Shown one piece after another: positions 50,401 through 63,975 of a stretch of 64,000 bases of DNA (position 1 is the stretch's first letter; each line of letters starts with the position of its first letter). The notes under the pieces were generated by a model. It saw only the letters and a program-made list of their open reading frames with translations, had not been told where the DNA came from and did no database searches. Origin of the DNA: Marsupella aquatica (Eukaryota > Plantae > Marchantiophyta); NCBI GenBank assembly GCA_973895155.1, contig OZ316896.1, positions 3,038,001 to 3,102,000 on the forward strand, in the 5' to 3' direction. Both the position numbers and the translations under genes were made by a program.

Positions 50401-52947
50401 AAAGATACAAATTACAAAAAGCAGATGATGAAGACTGCTTTTGAAGAGTACTGAATTATTTTACATTTACAAAACCATCAGGTTTCACACATACTAAGTT
50501 TCCTTGACATACTTAGCGAGCCACCTTGTCTGACTGCCTCTTGGCATGTACCTCTATGCATAAATAGTCCACTTAACAGGCATCAGAATTTCACCATAGA
50601 CAGGATTAGTGACCATTACCATGCACTAAATGTTTTTATTCAAACAACTGGATTGAATAAAGTGTACCTTTTGCGACCCCATTCTCTCATCATTGCCACT
50701 TCCAGAGTCTGGCGTGGACGGTGAGGCCTGCTCTCGAATAACTTGCTGACTACAAATTCCAACTTTGGAGCAACACCTTCCACTTCTACCTCCACTTCCA
50801 TTTTGTGGTGCGTCTATCCCATGTTGTGACTCTGAGTCCTGCTCATCTGTAGAATCCTTCAGTACCGCATTTGACGACTCATTATGTCCAACACAACCTG
50901 CACCAGGAATGTAAACGATAACTTATTTGCAGTGATGCTGAAAACGTCCTCCGAATATAGTATTTCAAAGTCTGGGGAACGCATGTTGCCTTCCCTTTCT
51001 CTCTGGGAGATACTAGCTTATGAAATACGTCGGGATTCTGAAATTCAGCCTTGGAAGCTCTAAGGAAACGCTAATATCAACCAGCATTTGTGGCAGAATT
51101 CTTCAGGTCGACTGGTTACCTTCGCCCGCAACTTGAGCCGAAACCCGGCCAATTTGCTTCGACCGTATAAGTTCGAGCTCATACTTTCGCTTCCACTGAG
51201 CAGCCTCATCCTGTGCCCGTGCTTTGCTCTCCGCTACTTGCCTCAAAGCCTTTGCAACAGCTGTCATAAAGAGACCGACCGAAGTTAAAGCACTATGGCG
51301 GGGATTTCACAGCAACTAAACATCCCCAACTGATGTTAGATACAAAGGACCTCAGCAAAGCCAAGGGGTATATCTGAGGTTTCAAAAGACGTGAAGGTGA
51401 GGTGAGTTCGTAATTGACGAAGTTGTGTCTCCATATCTATGATGACAGGATACCCAAACCAACAAACTTTGTCTCGATCTCTTTTGTAGAGAGCAAAGCT
51501 CCACTAGATTTCGGGATTGAGAAGGGCATTAATGACATTTGCAAGTGCCAATTTTAATATGGATGGTCCATCTTGTAACATTGAAGCACGGTCAGGCATG
51601 AAGCCTACTACATGGGAAGGTAGTGGATCGTCACTATAGAAGACGACACGAGACTAACTAGATGCATCTGCTCTGAATATAAATCCAGTTTTCACACTCG
51701 ACGTGCCAACCAGAATTAATAGAATTAGAATTCTTGTGCATTGAAAACATAATTTTTAAATCCACCAGATCATTTCATGTACATTATTGGTAATCTCCTT
51801 ATGTGCGTTGAATGGTTGCTCGTAAGCATTATCGCTAGAAACATCATAGCGTACAGTTATTGCTGTCGAATAGAGATAGTGCCTTGGACTTCATGAAGCC
51901 AAAGAGGAATAGACACAGATCGCTTAGGGCAAATCGGGTGCCAAGGGAGACGAGAAGCCTACCCTTCAGAAGAATAACCACAAACGAACAAAAACCAGAG
52001 AGAACCCTCGTCTGCTCCTTTGGAAACTTACTTGTAAGTGCCTCAGAAAATTCAACCAGGTGGGAGTCTCCATCTCCGACCGTTATTTCCTGCAGATACT
52101 CATTTACCATACGTTGTGATCCAATGCAAGCAGAAAGGCTGGCATATCCTTCCACCCCAAGCTTTAGAACATCACGCTCCAATGTTGATGTGGACTCCTT
52201 CCTATCGAGCAACTGACCAAACCCGAAAACAAAGCTGTCAGCGATAAGCTACATCCATCCGGAGAGAGGAAAAAACAACCTCGTAGGGACTGCTCCCACC
52301 GAACCAATCGAGACACACACCCTCTGGAATTTCGCGTATGAAAATTACCGTGGCACATCACGCTAGGAAGGAAAATCCCAACAATTGCAAGTTGTGAACA
52401 GGGGGGCCCATTCCACAACCATGCGCGTTATGTTCACGGTGCGAAACAAAAATCTCACTGTCTCACGCGAATAGCTGCTCCATGAATTCGGGCAAATCAA
52501 CCGAAAACGGACTCTCGAAACGAAAAACAGAAGCATGAGAGAATGAAAATCCAATCTCCACACAAACAACGCTTCACAGGCCACAAATCGTCGTGTCCTT
52601 GGAGAATTACAATGGAATTCGGAAAAACAGAATTCCAGTGGCATACAGAAGGAGAACATAGAATGCTCACAGTCAAAAGGAGAAAGCGAGAGAAGAGAGG
52701 AAGGACACTATAATGCCTTTCCGCAGAAAGAACGTACTAAAATGTGTGCCACACATCACGTGACCCAACGGCTGAACGCCAAAAAAACAGAACAAGGCGA
52801 CTGAAAATGCATTGCCTTTCCGCAGGAACAACGCACTGAAATGTGCACAGCATATAACAAAACCGAGAGAATGAACGTCATCAACATACATACCGGGCCA
52901 GAAGGAGGAGCATCGGACCGGCCATCCGAATTGCATGTCTGCATCAT
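47422..52947 (-). CDS. NADK1: NAD kinase, NADK1-type (~561 aa); exons 52894-52947, 52032-52212, 51120-51260, 50668-50897, 50243-50356, 49976-50070, 49566-49663, 49040-49113, 48714-48792, 47924-48240, 47422-47724
   Basis: Motifs [100 protein letters not shown] and LHWNLRK. GT-AG junctions keep frame (1686 nt in total). Exon 1 and the donor at 49566 are the least certain parts. Confidence 0.93.
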
Positions 52948-53439
52948 TGCGACGCAATTCAAAGCTCCGTTGGGCCCCGACGACAAAAAATCAGAGCGAT
53001 CACTCCTCGTCCATAAAATCAATCCCCGCTGCTCCCGCTCGATGGCTGCCGCGACGCAATGTGAAAAGCTTCCAATTCAGCAGAAGCAGCAGCCGAAGCA
53101 GCGGGAGGAGCAGAAGCAGCAGAGAAGGAGCCCGATCCCGCACTTTCACAGAATGGCGAGCGGACTGCTGCTTCTGCTGCAGCCTCTTTCTTCGTCCTGC
53201 GTCCTCCTCCTCCCCGTCCTCCGCCTCCTGCTCCTCGTCCTAGTCCTCGGCCTGGGCCTGGCGCATCAACAACAACTCGAGAGCTCTGCTGTGCCATCGT
53301 GAAGGTGACAATGGCGGACGAAAGTGTTGAGGAGCAGCATGCGTGACGGGATGTCGATCCCCTCCGTTCGAAGCTGGTCCTCGTCGTCGTCGTGGTCGTC
53401 TTCGTCGTCTTTGGATGCTTCCCATCTCTGTGGACCGTC

Positions 53440-53826
53440 ATTCGCACACTCGTCGCCCCTTCCCTTTGTGCCCTTCCCTTCCCTTCCCTTCCCTTCCCAA
53501 CACACTCTCTTTTTATTAATTAAATCAAGAGACAGGATAGTATATCACAAATTCGCACACTCGTCGCCCCCTTTGTGCCCTTCCCTTCCCTTCCCAACAC
53601 ATACACTCTTAAATAAATCAAGAGACAGGATAGTATATCACAAATTCGCACACTTGTCGCCCCTTTGTGCCCTTCCCTTCCCTTCCCTTCCCAACACACT
53701 CGCTCTTAATTAATTAAATCAAGAGACAGCATAGTATATCACAAATTTGCACACTCGTCTCCCCTTTGTGCCCTTCCCATCCCTCGTCCCATCCCAAACA
53801 CACATAAAAGGAGAGAAAAGCATATA
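53440..53826. repeat. ~100-110 bp tandem repeat upstream of NADK1 (3-4 copies; diverged copies continue at 54670-55150)
   Basis: Repeated unit ttcgcacactcgtcgccccctttgtgcccttccc...aaatcaagagacaggatagtatatcacaaa. Confidence 0.9.
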
Positions 53827-53833
53827 ATTAGTT

Positions 53834-54628
53834 CATGGACCCCTTGGCTAATAAAATCAGGGGAGTCGATCTGAGCCATCTCCATTTTTTATCTCCGGAA
53901 ATCTCATCCGTCCATCATAATGGCCAATCTATGACTCAAAAGAAAGATCTCAAATAGATCTATGTATGGGTTCTGTCCATTTTACAAATGGGTTAATATT
54001 TTTTAAATGAAAAATTAAACAAATCCAAGCCTTCCTAGCCGTCGATTTTGTTGATTTTACGATCTTTGCCGTTCATTTTGTAATGCCTCTAGAAATCTTA
54101 TTCATCCATGTTAGAAGGCGATCTAGGGTGCAAAGTAAAGATCTCAAAGAGATCTACGACTGGGTATTTTTTGTTTTGAGAATGAACTTTCAAGATTCCA
54201 GCCATTCCTCCTCCCTGATCCTGGGTTTCTATGTGCTTTTCCCAGCATTAATGGCCGTACAATACGAGAGATCCTTACATACCGGGAGTTACGGTTTAAC
54301 AAGGAAGTTATCAAGTTAGTTATTAGTCATTATTTATTATATGAAAAATACATTTTATAAATCTTTGAATTTAAGTTTTAAAATTGAAAATGTAACTAAA
54401 ACGGTTACATAGTGACAGTTTTAACCGTCTTGCTCTTTGCATTTCCAATGTTTTTACTTTTCTTTTTACGGCATGGCATCCCAAAATTTACACCCAAATT
54501 GACACAAACACGAATAAAAACTATAAGTTTGATTCACAAAACCGACGAGTCTTGTTTGCTGCGGTTGTTGTTGACGTGGCACGATGTGGTGCCAGGAATT
54601 TTGGAAGGGACCTCTAGTGGGGTCCGTA
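53834..54628. mobile_element. GGACCCC-ended TIR element inserted in the tandem array
   Basis: catggacccc at 53834 and ggggtccgta ending at 54628; array units resume on both sides. Confidence 0.55.
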
Positions 54629-56027
54629 ATTATCACAAATACAAAGACAGCTTCTAAGTACACTACCACTGCCCTTCCCATCCCAAAATCCCAAAACACA
54701 CATAAAAGAAGAGAAAGCATATATTCCACTCACAAATAACAAAACCTGTTCTAGGTATATTGCCACTCAAGACATCACAATCTACAATATTGTGCTCTTC
54801 CCATCCCAAACACACATAAAAGACGAGGAAGCATATATCACATTCCCAAATATCAAAACAAGTTTTAAGTACATTAATTGCCACTCAGGATGTTACAATT
54901 CAATTTACAATATTGTGCCCTTCCCATCCCAACCACACATAAAAGAAGAGAATCAAAGCATACACGGGAGCATATATCGCACAGTCAAATAGCACAAACT
55001 AGTATATATCCCCTTTGTGCGCTTCAGAAAAGAAAATATCTAACACAGTGCCAAAGAACAAAAAGAGTATAATTATATGCCAATGTCAAACGAGTATACA
55101 TGGACCCCCTTTTCTGCCCTTCCCAAATAGAGAAAAGAAAAGAAGAGAAAGTAATTATATATGTATCACACTACCCAAGAACAAAAACACTATAGATCAA
55201 ATCCAAAGAAACCATAATTTATAATAATGGAAAATACAAATTACAATGAACAGAACACCAAAGAGGTGCAAAGAGGACAAACACCAAAGAAGAGAAAATA
55301 GAGCCAAGTGCAACCCTGAAAAAAAGGGGGGAAATTGCTAACACCTTACTAGTGGAACAGACAAAGGTCCCTATCTATAGCAAATGTGGCAAGCGCTGAT
55401 GGTCTGCATCTAGTGGTTGAAGAGTAACTATACATCACACTGCCAAAGAACAAACAAGACACCAAAAAGAAATACCAAATTAATTTACTAAATGATATAG
55501 AAAGTACAATGGTATAAATATCAAAGAGTCAATTGAAAGAACAAAAACACTGGGAGACAGGGTCCCAAAGGCAAACTAAGACCCAATAAACAGAAGGAAG
55601 AGGTAGAGACCCCGGGAAGACCAAAGAGGCCCAACAAGCCCCGGACCGGACACAGAGAAAGACTACCAATTTACGAAAAAGGATAAACATTCAAAGTACA
55701 AAGGTACATGTTTAACAGACTGTCAAAGAACAAAAATGCCAAACACAAAGGCCAAAGAGGCCCAACACGCCCAAAAGTCCCAAACAACCACTACAGAACT
55801 ATTAGCAAAGGAATAGAAAAGATGGAAACCTTACTTGGCCAAAACCTGAAAAGCCTGGTAGAGTTCTGGAGTTAGTTTACTGGAGGATCATGTGCAATGG
55901 ACATCCCAAACCAAAAAGGAGGTCTATGTGGGACAACCCCAAACTCAAAAAGGAGATGCCAAATGCGAACCCCACAAAAGGTCTACAAAGTAGGGGATCT
56001 ACAAATAAAGATCCACTAGTGGAATGA

Positions 56028-56110
56028 TCTACCCTGCACTTTTAAAAGAAAATATCTACTACCCTGCACTTTTAAAAGAAAAGCTCTATTACCCTGCACT
56101 TTAAAAGAAG
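56028..56110. repeat. 30-bp tandem repeat, three copies
   Basis: taccctgcactttt aaaagaa unit repeated three times. Confidence 0.85.
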
Positions 56111-56628
56111 GACGGGACACTTGTGCTACCATTTCTCCATAGCATCCACCTGGCACCCAAGGCAGACCTGAGATAGAAATCAACGGTTAGAGGAAGGAAG
56201 ACTAAAATCAATCTCACAAGATCATCAATCATAAATGTGTCAGCCCAAAACTAGGATGTTTTCTCAATGATCAGAGACCTATTAGATCACCTCCAGAGGT
56301 GGTCTAGAGAACAGACACAGAAGACATGACACACAAGCAGCAGTAGACAAAAAGCCAGGGACCCACTCCAATCCAACTACGATCAGTAACGTTTCACTCC
56401 AAGTGGCCTCCTCTTATTTTGTAAAGTGAACTTTGGCCAACGATCATAAATCTGAGGGTGGAGATTCAGAAAATGCAAACTGCTGCCTCCCCTTGTTTGC
56501 AGATTGCCCCTCATGGTCCATATCTAGTGTGATAACTAAATCTGGAACCAGATCTGCAAGTGGAACTCACTCCCCTCTATGTCCCTCCATAACTATGTCC
56601 AACCCAAGGTTACCCTACACATCATAAT

Positions 56629-57080
56629 ATAGTTAACTCTCTCTAAGTGCATGCTCTCAAGAAGACAGATCCAGCATGCACCAAACCAGCTGTTGTATTC
56701 CTTGATAAGAGCACACCCCCTAAAAAGTGCACTTATTAATAAGTGTATATGACTTACATCCATTTGTTAGATGTGTAATGGGTCCCTCTGTCAGTGAGCA
56801 GCCTCATACCTCCTATCCATACCCAAAATTCTGTGCCCAAACTCCCTAAGTGCATTTTAGCTCTACTAAGAATAGTCAGGCATTTATTGGTAAGTGCATC
56901 TAGACACTAACTTCTCAAGGGTAAGTGTTTATAGAGTTGTTATTTAGCAAAATGATTTCAGGCCTGTGTGCGCTTACAAAAGATGGTTATAAAGAGCTTA
57001 TTCCGTGTAAAATAAAAGGGAAGAATACAACTAGCCTCCGTTGCACTTCACCAGGCCCTTATGGAGTGTGCGCTTAAAAC
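56629..57080 (-). mobile_element. Diverged, internally deleted copy of the 29.2-30.0 kb Tc1/mariner-type element
   Basis: Reverse-complement matches, for example cccaaactccctaagtgcatt...ctctactaa...tttattggtaa vs 29420-29485; degenerate TIR tagttaactct. Confidence 0.7.
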
Positions 57081-57442
57081 ACCACTAGTCATATAGGGGA
57101 AATGTCCTAGATTTCTCTCATTCTTCTCCACTCTGGTTCCATATTGTTCCACAAATTGAGGAAAAGATATTATATACTATTTAGGGTGAAACCTGGTTTT
57201 TGTCATGGCTAGTGATGGTTTACACAGAGCCAACTGTACACGGGGAGTACAAAAGTTAGCCACGCCAGGTTGACGCTGTGTGTGAGTACTTTTTCAAGGT
57301 ATGGTAGACTCATCATTCAAGCTTTTCCAGGAAGACACGGTTCCCACGAAGCCACAGGCTGCCCTCTACACGACCCACCTCGTGAAAGGTCGATTAGTCC
57401 TGCACCTGGACATCTGGCCAGTCCAGAGTGGGCCACGCTCTA

Positions 57443-57526
57443 GTTTCTCACAAGAGAAATGAAGTGTGATGTTTCTCACAAGAGAAATGAAGTGTGATGT
57501 TTCTCACAAGAGAAATGAAGTGTGAT
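57443..57526. repeat. Perfect 28-bp tandem repeat, three copies
   Basis: gtttctcacaagagaaatgaagtgtgat x3 with no spacers. Confidence 0.95.
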
Positions 57527-60500
57527 GAGCTTTCAGTTGGGGAAGCTTTCATTTGCTGAAGCGTCAGGCCGGCTCAGACCATCACTGGGCCTCGATAAAC
57601 GGGGAGCTGTCCAAGGCTTTTTCCACATTCATCACACTTCCTTCCCGTTCTATGCCAATCTCAATCTCTTCCATCATTTCACGAAAAAATGACTGTTCGT
57701 GATGAGACCTGATGAATTTAGGTTTGACAATGAACAGTGGCGCTTTGATTTATTTACCAGCCTGGGAAATCATGTGGGGTGGGGGAACAGAGCTTTCCCT
57801 CGATAAAATTGACGAACTTTATTTTGAAGCACATGACTGGAAGCTGAGCTTAGACCTGTGATGCTTTGTAGAGTATTGATAGCCTCACTGGTGAAGGAAA
57901 TTGAGAGACTTAGCTTGTTGCAAACTTAATTCAATCCTGCTTCTTTTGAGCTGTATGGTGGGTTGTCTGATATCCAGAAATGTTACTCGAAAGTTGCTGT
58001 AGTTTATTGACGGAATTCAAAATCAGTGTTCCGTTGAGACACTCAAGGTATTGCCTGTGACCTTGGTCAACAGGTTGTCCTAGGTAGTCCATCGTGTCCG
58101 CTTAATGTCAATTTTGACATGCCCAACTGCTCATCCTACTCCAGGGGAGGCTTTTCAAAAACGTTTCTTACGTTTCCAAAAGCTCAATAATTCAGTAGGT
58201 TGGAAGAAAAACTTGTCCTGCCTACTGGAAGGTTTAGTAGAAGAAAGATCGTATAATTTGGTTGGGTCCTACCCGGTAGGGCTCAGAATGGATGCATGCA
58301 AAGCAATGGTGGACCCATTTGTGGGAGCTTGGGCATAAATTCTCCTGCTTCTAATAGGGAGCGAGCTTTTCAAAAGCCGCCAGTTGGCCAAACGGACATC
58401 CTGCTTGTCTATACAACCCATTCCGTAGCTAAGAAGTTTCCTGATTTATCCTCCTTCTACCAGGGGGGCTTTTCTTAGAAAAGCTGTCTTTTCACACTGA
58501 CTTTAGATTACTTGACATCAGCAAGTGCTTTGGAATAAAACCCAACCATACAGATTAATCACATGGAATCAAAATTTGATGGTGCACATGAATGGGGCTA
58601 TATAGGGTAGACTGAAAATGTGACATCATATAGTCGCTTTGGATTGGGACTCGTAATTGATTGATTACAGGGAGCCATGGCCAAGATCTTTATTACAGTA
58701 CTAGAGTATGATCACTATCTGTATGCATGCTGCATTTTCAAAGTATTTGACACGACTGTTTGCAAGCGAGGCGGTAGTGGCATGTGACCTATAGGCATCT
58801 ATCTATCTGGGCGACAAAGATTGCGACTGCCTAACCTGATCTACAACATAAGTGTTCTCGGACATGTTCTCGGACATGTTCTCACCAACTCTAAAGCAGC
58901 CATTCTCCAGATGATGGCTTTCCGGTAGGTTTCTGGCAATGGGTATTCTCGTCAGAACCCGCATTGATTGATAGAAAACCCGCAGAATTGGAGCAGTATG
59001 AAAGCTCTCTTGAGCTGTCCTAGAGTTTACGATTGTGTGTGATTCTTGTTAATGATCCACTATGCCCGTCTTCCTTCAGGTCTTCTTCTCTTTCGCTTTC
59101 CATCATGAGTGGTCTTTCGTGGTTGAGTGTACTAGGAAGGATGATGCGTGTCACCTTTGACTGCAATGTTCTAATGATTTGATGTTCATCCCCGTCAGCA
59201 AGCTGTACTGAGTGTGGTACATATGCTTTTCACGAATAATAATATATTTGTTCTTTACGAATTATAAGAAACGGTAACTAGGGGGGCATGGCGAGATAAT
59301 AATGCACATATGGTTAACACTGGAAAGTAACACACACAGACCACGAGTATGATATCATTAACCCCATCCGTACCATCAATTCCTAACACCATTCACAATC
59401 TACGAAAAAATCTTTACCCACTATTACAATTCGACACAATCAGTCCCCCCTAAACCAAGGGTGGTCACAATAAACTGGATGCGCTTAGAGATTACCATTA
59501 TTAACACAACCAGACCAGACAACCGATGGGAATCCACAGCTCAGACCTTTAATTCCAAAAATCGAAGACATAGTTTGAAAAACAAACTAGGTCGTGCACC
59601 AGGTCTAGCGTCATCAAGCATTGCATGGCGAATGATCCATGATCCAGGAAATTGCTTGAAAGTGATAATGCCTTTCAAACTCTTCAATAGGCACCGACAA
59701 AACAACCCAAAACAACGAGACAGGAAAGCCAACCATCAGATTCGATTAGACAAATTATCCTCCCTTTCAGGATATAAGTAGCAGACCTCCCCGAGTTCTT
59801 AGAGAACATTCGCCATCACAACTCAAATGATGAAGTCTTTCCGAGACAACTGCAGTACATCCTAGGCTCGGCTTGCTCTTGCCAACCTCAAAAAACCCAA
59901 TGATGTACGACCGTGAAGCATAATTGTGAGTGCGGTTTGCCGATCGAAATAGAGGGAAAAAAGCACTCACATAAACTAGAAAATCACTTGTGAGCCCTGC
60001 CTGCTCAGACATATCGGAAGTACAGGGGGACGGTGCCCAGCAGATATAACATAATTCAAACGAGCACCAATTCGAAATACAGGGGTAGCTAAAAATGACG
60101 ATCGATCATGGAGCAACAATTTTGAATTTCACTTTTGAGGCACAGATTACCGAGACCTGAAGTTACTCTTCCTGACGTTGTGTTACTCTTCCTACCACAG
60201 GAAACTAAAACATTGCCATCAACTTGGCCTATCATTGCTGTACACCAGATAACATGTGAAGAGCAGTCAAACCCTAAAATCACACAGCCGACTTCTCCGA
60301 CGGAATGGCTGATGTCCACCAACGAGATTATTAGATAGGACGATAGTTTTTAGCATTAAAACAATTGTCAATCATATCGCAACCGGAACCTTGAAGAGCA
60401 ATTACAAAGGGTATCAACAATGCAGAGCCTCGAACATCTAACACGAGAGAGAGATCTCAAGTACACTGCAGCATCCCTAATATTCTGCCTTGGGTTGCTA

Positions 60501-60610
60501 CATAATTGCAGCATCCCGCTCTATTCAAACGCGAACGGGAGGACTGACCCCGCTCCCACCAGGGGACCACCCAGATGCTGATAGATAAGAAGAAGACGAG
60601 TACATCGGGT

Positions 60611-62161
60611 TTAAAACCCGTGGATCTTGATAAGATCCTTCTTCACAACTCCAGCCTGAAGAAAAATAAACTCACTGGTTAGCTAACATGAGGAGTTGAC
60701 GAGAAACTAATCAAGGGCACGCCATCTACCAATTTCACCGGCAAGAAGGCGAAACATACAGTGAACTAGTCCACCGAGTGCTGCAGGATGCACGCAGTGT
60801 CGCCATGTCTGTGCCAAGTTCCTAACGCGGAAATAGAACACGAATGAACTTCGCGGTGCGGATCCTTCCACAACGCGACAATCAAAAGAGGACAAAGCTG
60901 AGAACATACCTGGACGAGAAACTGAGACACATTCTTTCGCTGGTCGCCCTGGAGCTGAATCACCTGGAAGTTGAAAATGAAAACGCACATGAGCTCGAGA
61001 CGACAACAAACGATACGCCACAACAGTGAAACTCCAAATCGAAGACAGAAATTCCCCGCAACAGAACTGAGGGGGGCAGAAATCAAGACTCGCGAACGGT
61101 ACGATACCTGGCCCAACTCCGGATCTTGCACAACTGTCCCGTTGCAGCAGAAGTCCTGTTAGGCGACAAATTACGTTATAAGTGAGAACGTTATAAGAGA
61201 GGTTGAAAATACTAAAACAGCAAGGGCTTGAAAGAGGGGTGATGTACACAAACAAGACGCAGCACAATAAGCAAGGCTAGCACCAACCTTCTTGAAGTCC
61301 TTCAGAATTTTGTTGTAATTGAACTCTTTCTTCAGACCCTGGACAGTTGTCAAGCTTTTTCTTCCGTTTCGCTGCTGAACCCGCACGTGGACATAATCCT
61401 TAGACCCTGCCCCCGAATCGTCAGCATTCGCCTCTGCAAACGGATCTGTATACCCGGAAGGTACAAAAACCGGACGTCAGTGACAAGGTATAACCCTGAA
61501 GAGGCCCTGATAGACGCGAACTGATGTTCCAACAAACATCCATACTCCCAAACCGATCGGTTGCCCTAACGACATAACAGAGCGACGAAAGACCATTCGC
61601 TACGAAGCATCACAAAGACCCTGTGAAGTGAGAAAGCCGGATCCATCGGCGGACAGGCAAACGAGCTCAACGGCCGGCCAGCGCGCATCAAACTCACGCT
61701 AGACACCTAAATCGATCAACTGCCATTGCCATGGTGTAACAAGACACGCAGAGCTTCAGCGTCAAAGAAACTATGCTGGAACAACAGAGCCGGGGCCACA
61801 GCGACATAAAATCACATCACGGATCATAGCAAAATAGCCCATCCCGCGTGAACCATGTAGCCTATCCAGGACGGCAGTCGCAATATCGGCACTATGGCAC
61901 AGTTCAACAAGATACAGGTACCCTAATCTTCCCGCGGAGGAACTCATACACATGCCATACAGCAGAAATCACTTTGGGCATCAAAACACCGACTACAGTT
62001 TCCCGAGCACTCGCGCAAATCCATGGACAGCAACTACGCGGCTGCCCGCAAGCCTATCGCGTGGACATAGAATTGTGTCCAACCTAAAAGACAGCCTTCT
62101 CAGAGTCGAGTAACGATAACATACCGAAGGCGCCAGGGATCTGGATATCTACGTCTGACAT
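60611..62161 (-). CDS. SUI1: Translation initiation factor eIF1/SUI1 (113 aa); exons 62125-62161, 61288-61445, 61108-61155, 60910-60963, 60611-60655
   Basis: MSDVDIQIPGAFDPFAEANADDSGAGSKDYVHVRVQQRNGRKSLTTVQGLKKEFNYNKILKDFKKDFCCNGTVVQDPELGQVIQLQGDQRKNVSQFLVQAGVVKKDLIKIHGF; all junctions GT-AG; 342 nt. Confidence 0.97.
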
Positions 62162-62945
62162 GAACCTTAACTGTTGCGAACCGGAGACCAACGTCTGCTC
62201 CAAACTTTCCTCCCTCCTGCTCGTCACCCTACAATCAGAGAAACATGGATCAAGAATCCGGTCCAATATTCACCCGCAGAATCAAAGCACCGTCCTTGAG
62301 AAAATATCAGGCTCAAGCCAACCGCGCTCCTCAACAAGACAACCATTCCAAGCCTCGCCTCGGTCAAACAACAGATCCAATTCCTCTCCGCATCAAATTT
62401 CCCTCCAGACTTAACATCCGATCTTCACCTCACCAATACTCCTCACCACTTCCGCACTTCCACCCTAATCAGAAAACCCAATCCGAACACGTCCGCCAAC
62501 AAATCAAAAGCGCAAACCCACACAAACGTACCTCGAAGTGACTAGACCTCCGACGACTGCGCAGATGATCAAGCAACAGCAACTCTAGAAGAGCAAACGG
62601 GGTAGAAGAAACTCGAACAACGGCGGTTGCTCCCAGCGCGCTCCGTCAATCTGCTCTGCCGCCCTTCAGTGCGTGTATCAGTATCAATATCAATATCAAT
62701 ATCCTCTTCACCGCCGACCTAGGAAGAAGGAGAAGCAGGAGCAACAACAACAACAAGCCTGGACCACGAGGACGAGGAGCGAACCAAAGAAGAAGCAATC
62801 GCCCACGCACACGAGGAGGAGCGGAGGATGGATGAGAAGAGATCGAGGGCGATGAAGAACAACAACACGGAGAATGATGGTCGGAGCGAAGCGGCGAGAA
62901 GAAGAGAACACCTCTCACGGCTTCCTTTTTGTGTCACGAGAAAAG

Positions 62946-62972
<27 letters not shown>
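62946..62972 (-). promoter_or_regulatory. (GA)n microsatellite / GAGA element near the eIF1 transcription start
   Basis: (CT)n run upstream of a pyrimidine-rich 5' UTR and a probable 5'-UTR intron (donor at 62531, acceptor near 62171). Confidence 0.55.
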
Positions 62973-62976
<4 letters not shown>

Positions 62977-63173
62977 ATCGGTCGTCGATGTTCGTCATTC
63001 GCACGCGGCTTGCTTCCACTTGATGAGACGGGGGAAGCTGTCACGAACGGTCCGCCCGCGACTCGCTCCTCCAACTAGGGTTGGCGTGACTCAAGTTCTC
63101 AACCACCCCCGACACCGTACCGTATCGTCATGACACTACGCTAATCCGCCCCTAACACCCACTAATCCGCCCC

Positions 63174-63975
63174 TACGAGTGTAAGGCCGCGGCCGTAGAC
63201 GGGCGTCCGTGATCCAAGGGCGAAGAAGGAATAATAATACTCGCAATTCTATTATTTCGTGACTCGGATTCGTTCGATCTGCGCCGTCGAGTATTCGAAA
63301 GAGACGGCTTAGAATGGCTTTTGTTCCTTTTTTCTTTTTCTCGTTTATAGATAGAACTTTTGTTTCGCCAAAGCAAAGTGGGTCAACTACGGTATCGTGG
63401 TGACACTGCATTCCGCCTCTACAGTGACAAGGGTACGAGTGTAAAGCCGCGGCCGTCGACGGGAAGAGAGGGCGCACCCGTGATCCAAGGTGCATGAATA
63501 CAGGCAACTTTCTTCCATGACACGGAATCGGTTGATCTGCGCCGTCTAATATTGTAACGAAGGGCTTAAGGTGGCTTTTCTTTTCTTTTTTCTTTTCTAT
63601 GGCTCGAGGTTGTTTTTCAAGACCTTGGTTGAGACAAAAACCCTAGCCCAGACCCCGAAAAATCACACGAGATTTCCTGGTAGGAGATTCTGAAAATAGC
63701 AATGACCTCCATAAATGGTTACACATTGGTAACCTTTATTCAATACCACCTATATTAAAAACAAGGATATCAGTGTAAACCAGTGGCCATAGACGGAAGA
63801 GAGGGCTGACAAGTTTCCACACCCATGATCAAAGGTATATGAATTTTACACACAATTTTAATTCATCGGACAGAATAGTTTGATCTGCACCGTCTAGTAA
63901 TTTAACGAACAGCTGAGGTTGGCTTTTCTTTTCTTTTTTCTTTCCTACAGCTCAAGGTTGGTTTTCGAGACATTG
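63174..63975. repeat. Diverged direct repeat, three copies (~260-340 bp period)
   Basis: agtgtaa..ccgcggccgt.gacgg...gatccaagg...gatctgcgccgtc...tggctttt recurs at ~63174, ~63434 and ~63770. Confidence 0.75.

Noticed and set aside
52841-53713. Several plus-strand low-complexity ORFs
   Set aside because: Antisense to the GC-rich NADK1 5' region and running through tandem repeats.
57443-57526. 28-bp repeats with an internal palindrome, CRISPR-like in length
   Set aside because: Head-to-tail copies with no spacers, no cas genes, and a eukaryotic context; this is a minisatellite.
60707-61267. 186-aa minus-strand ORF
   Set aside because: Spans eIF1 introns and exons out of frame; a chance ORF.
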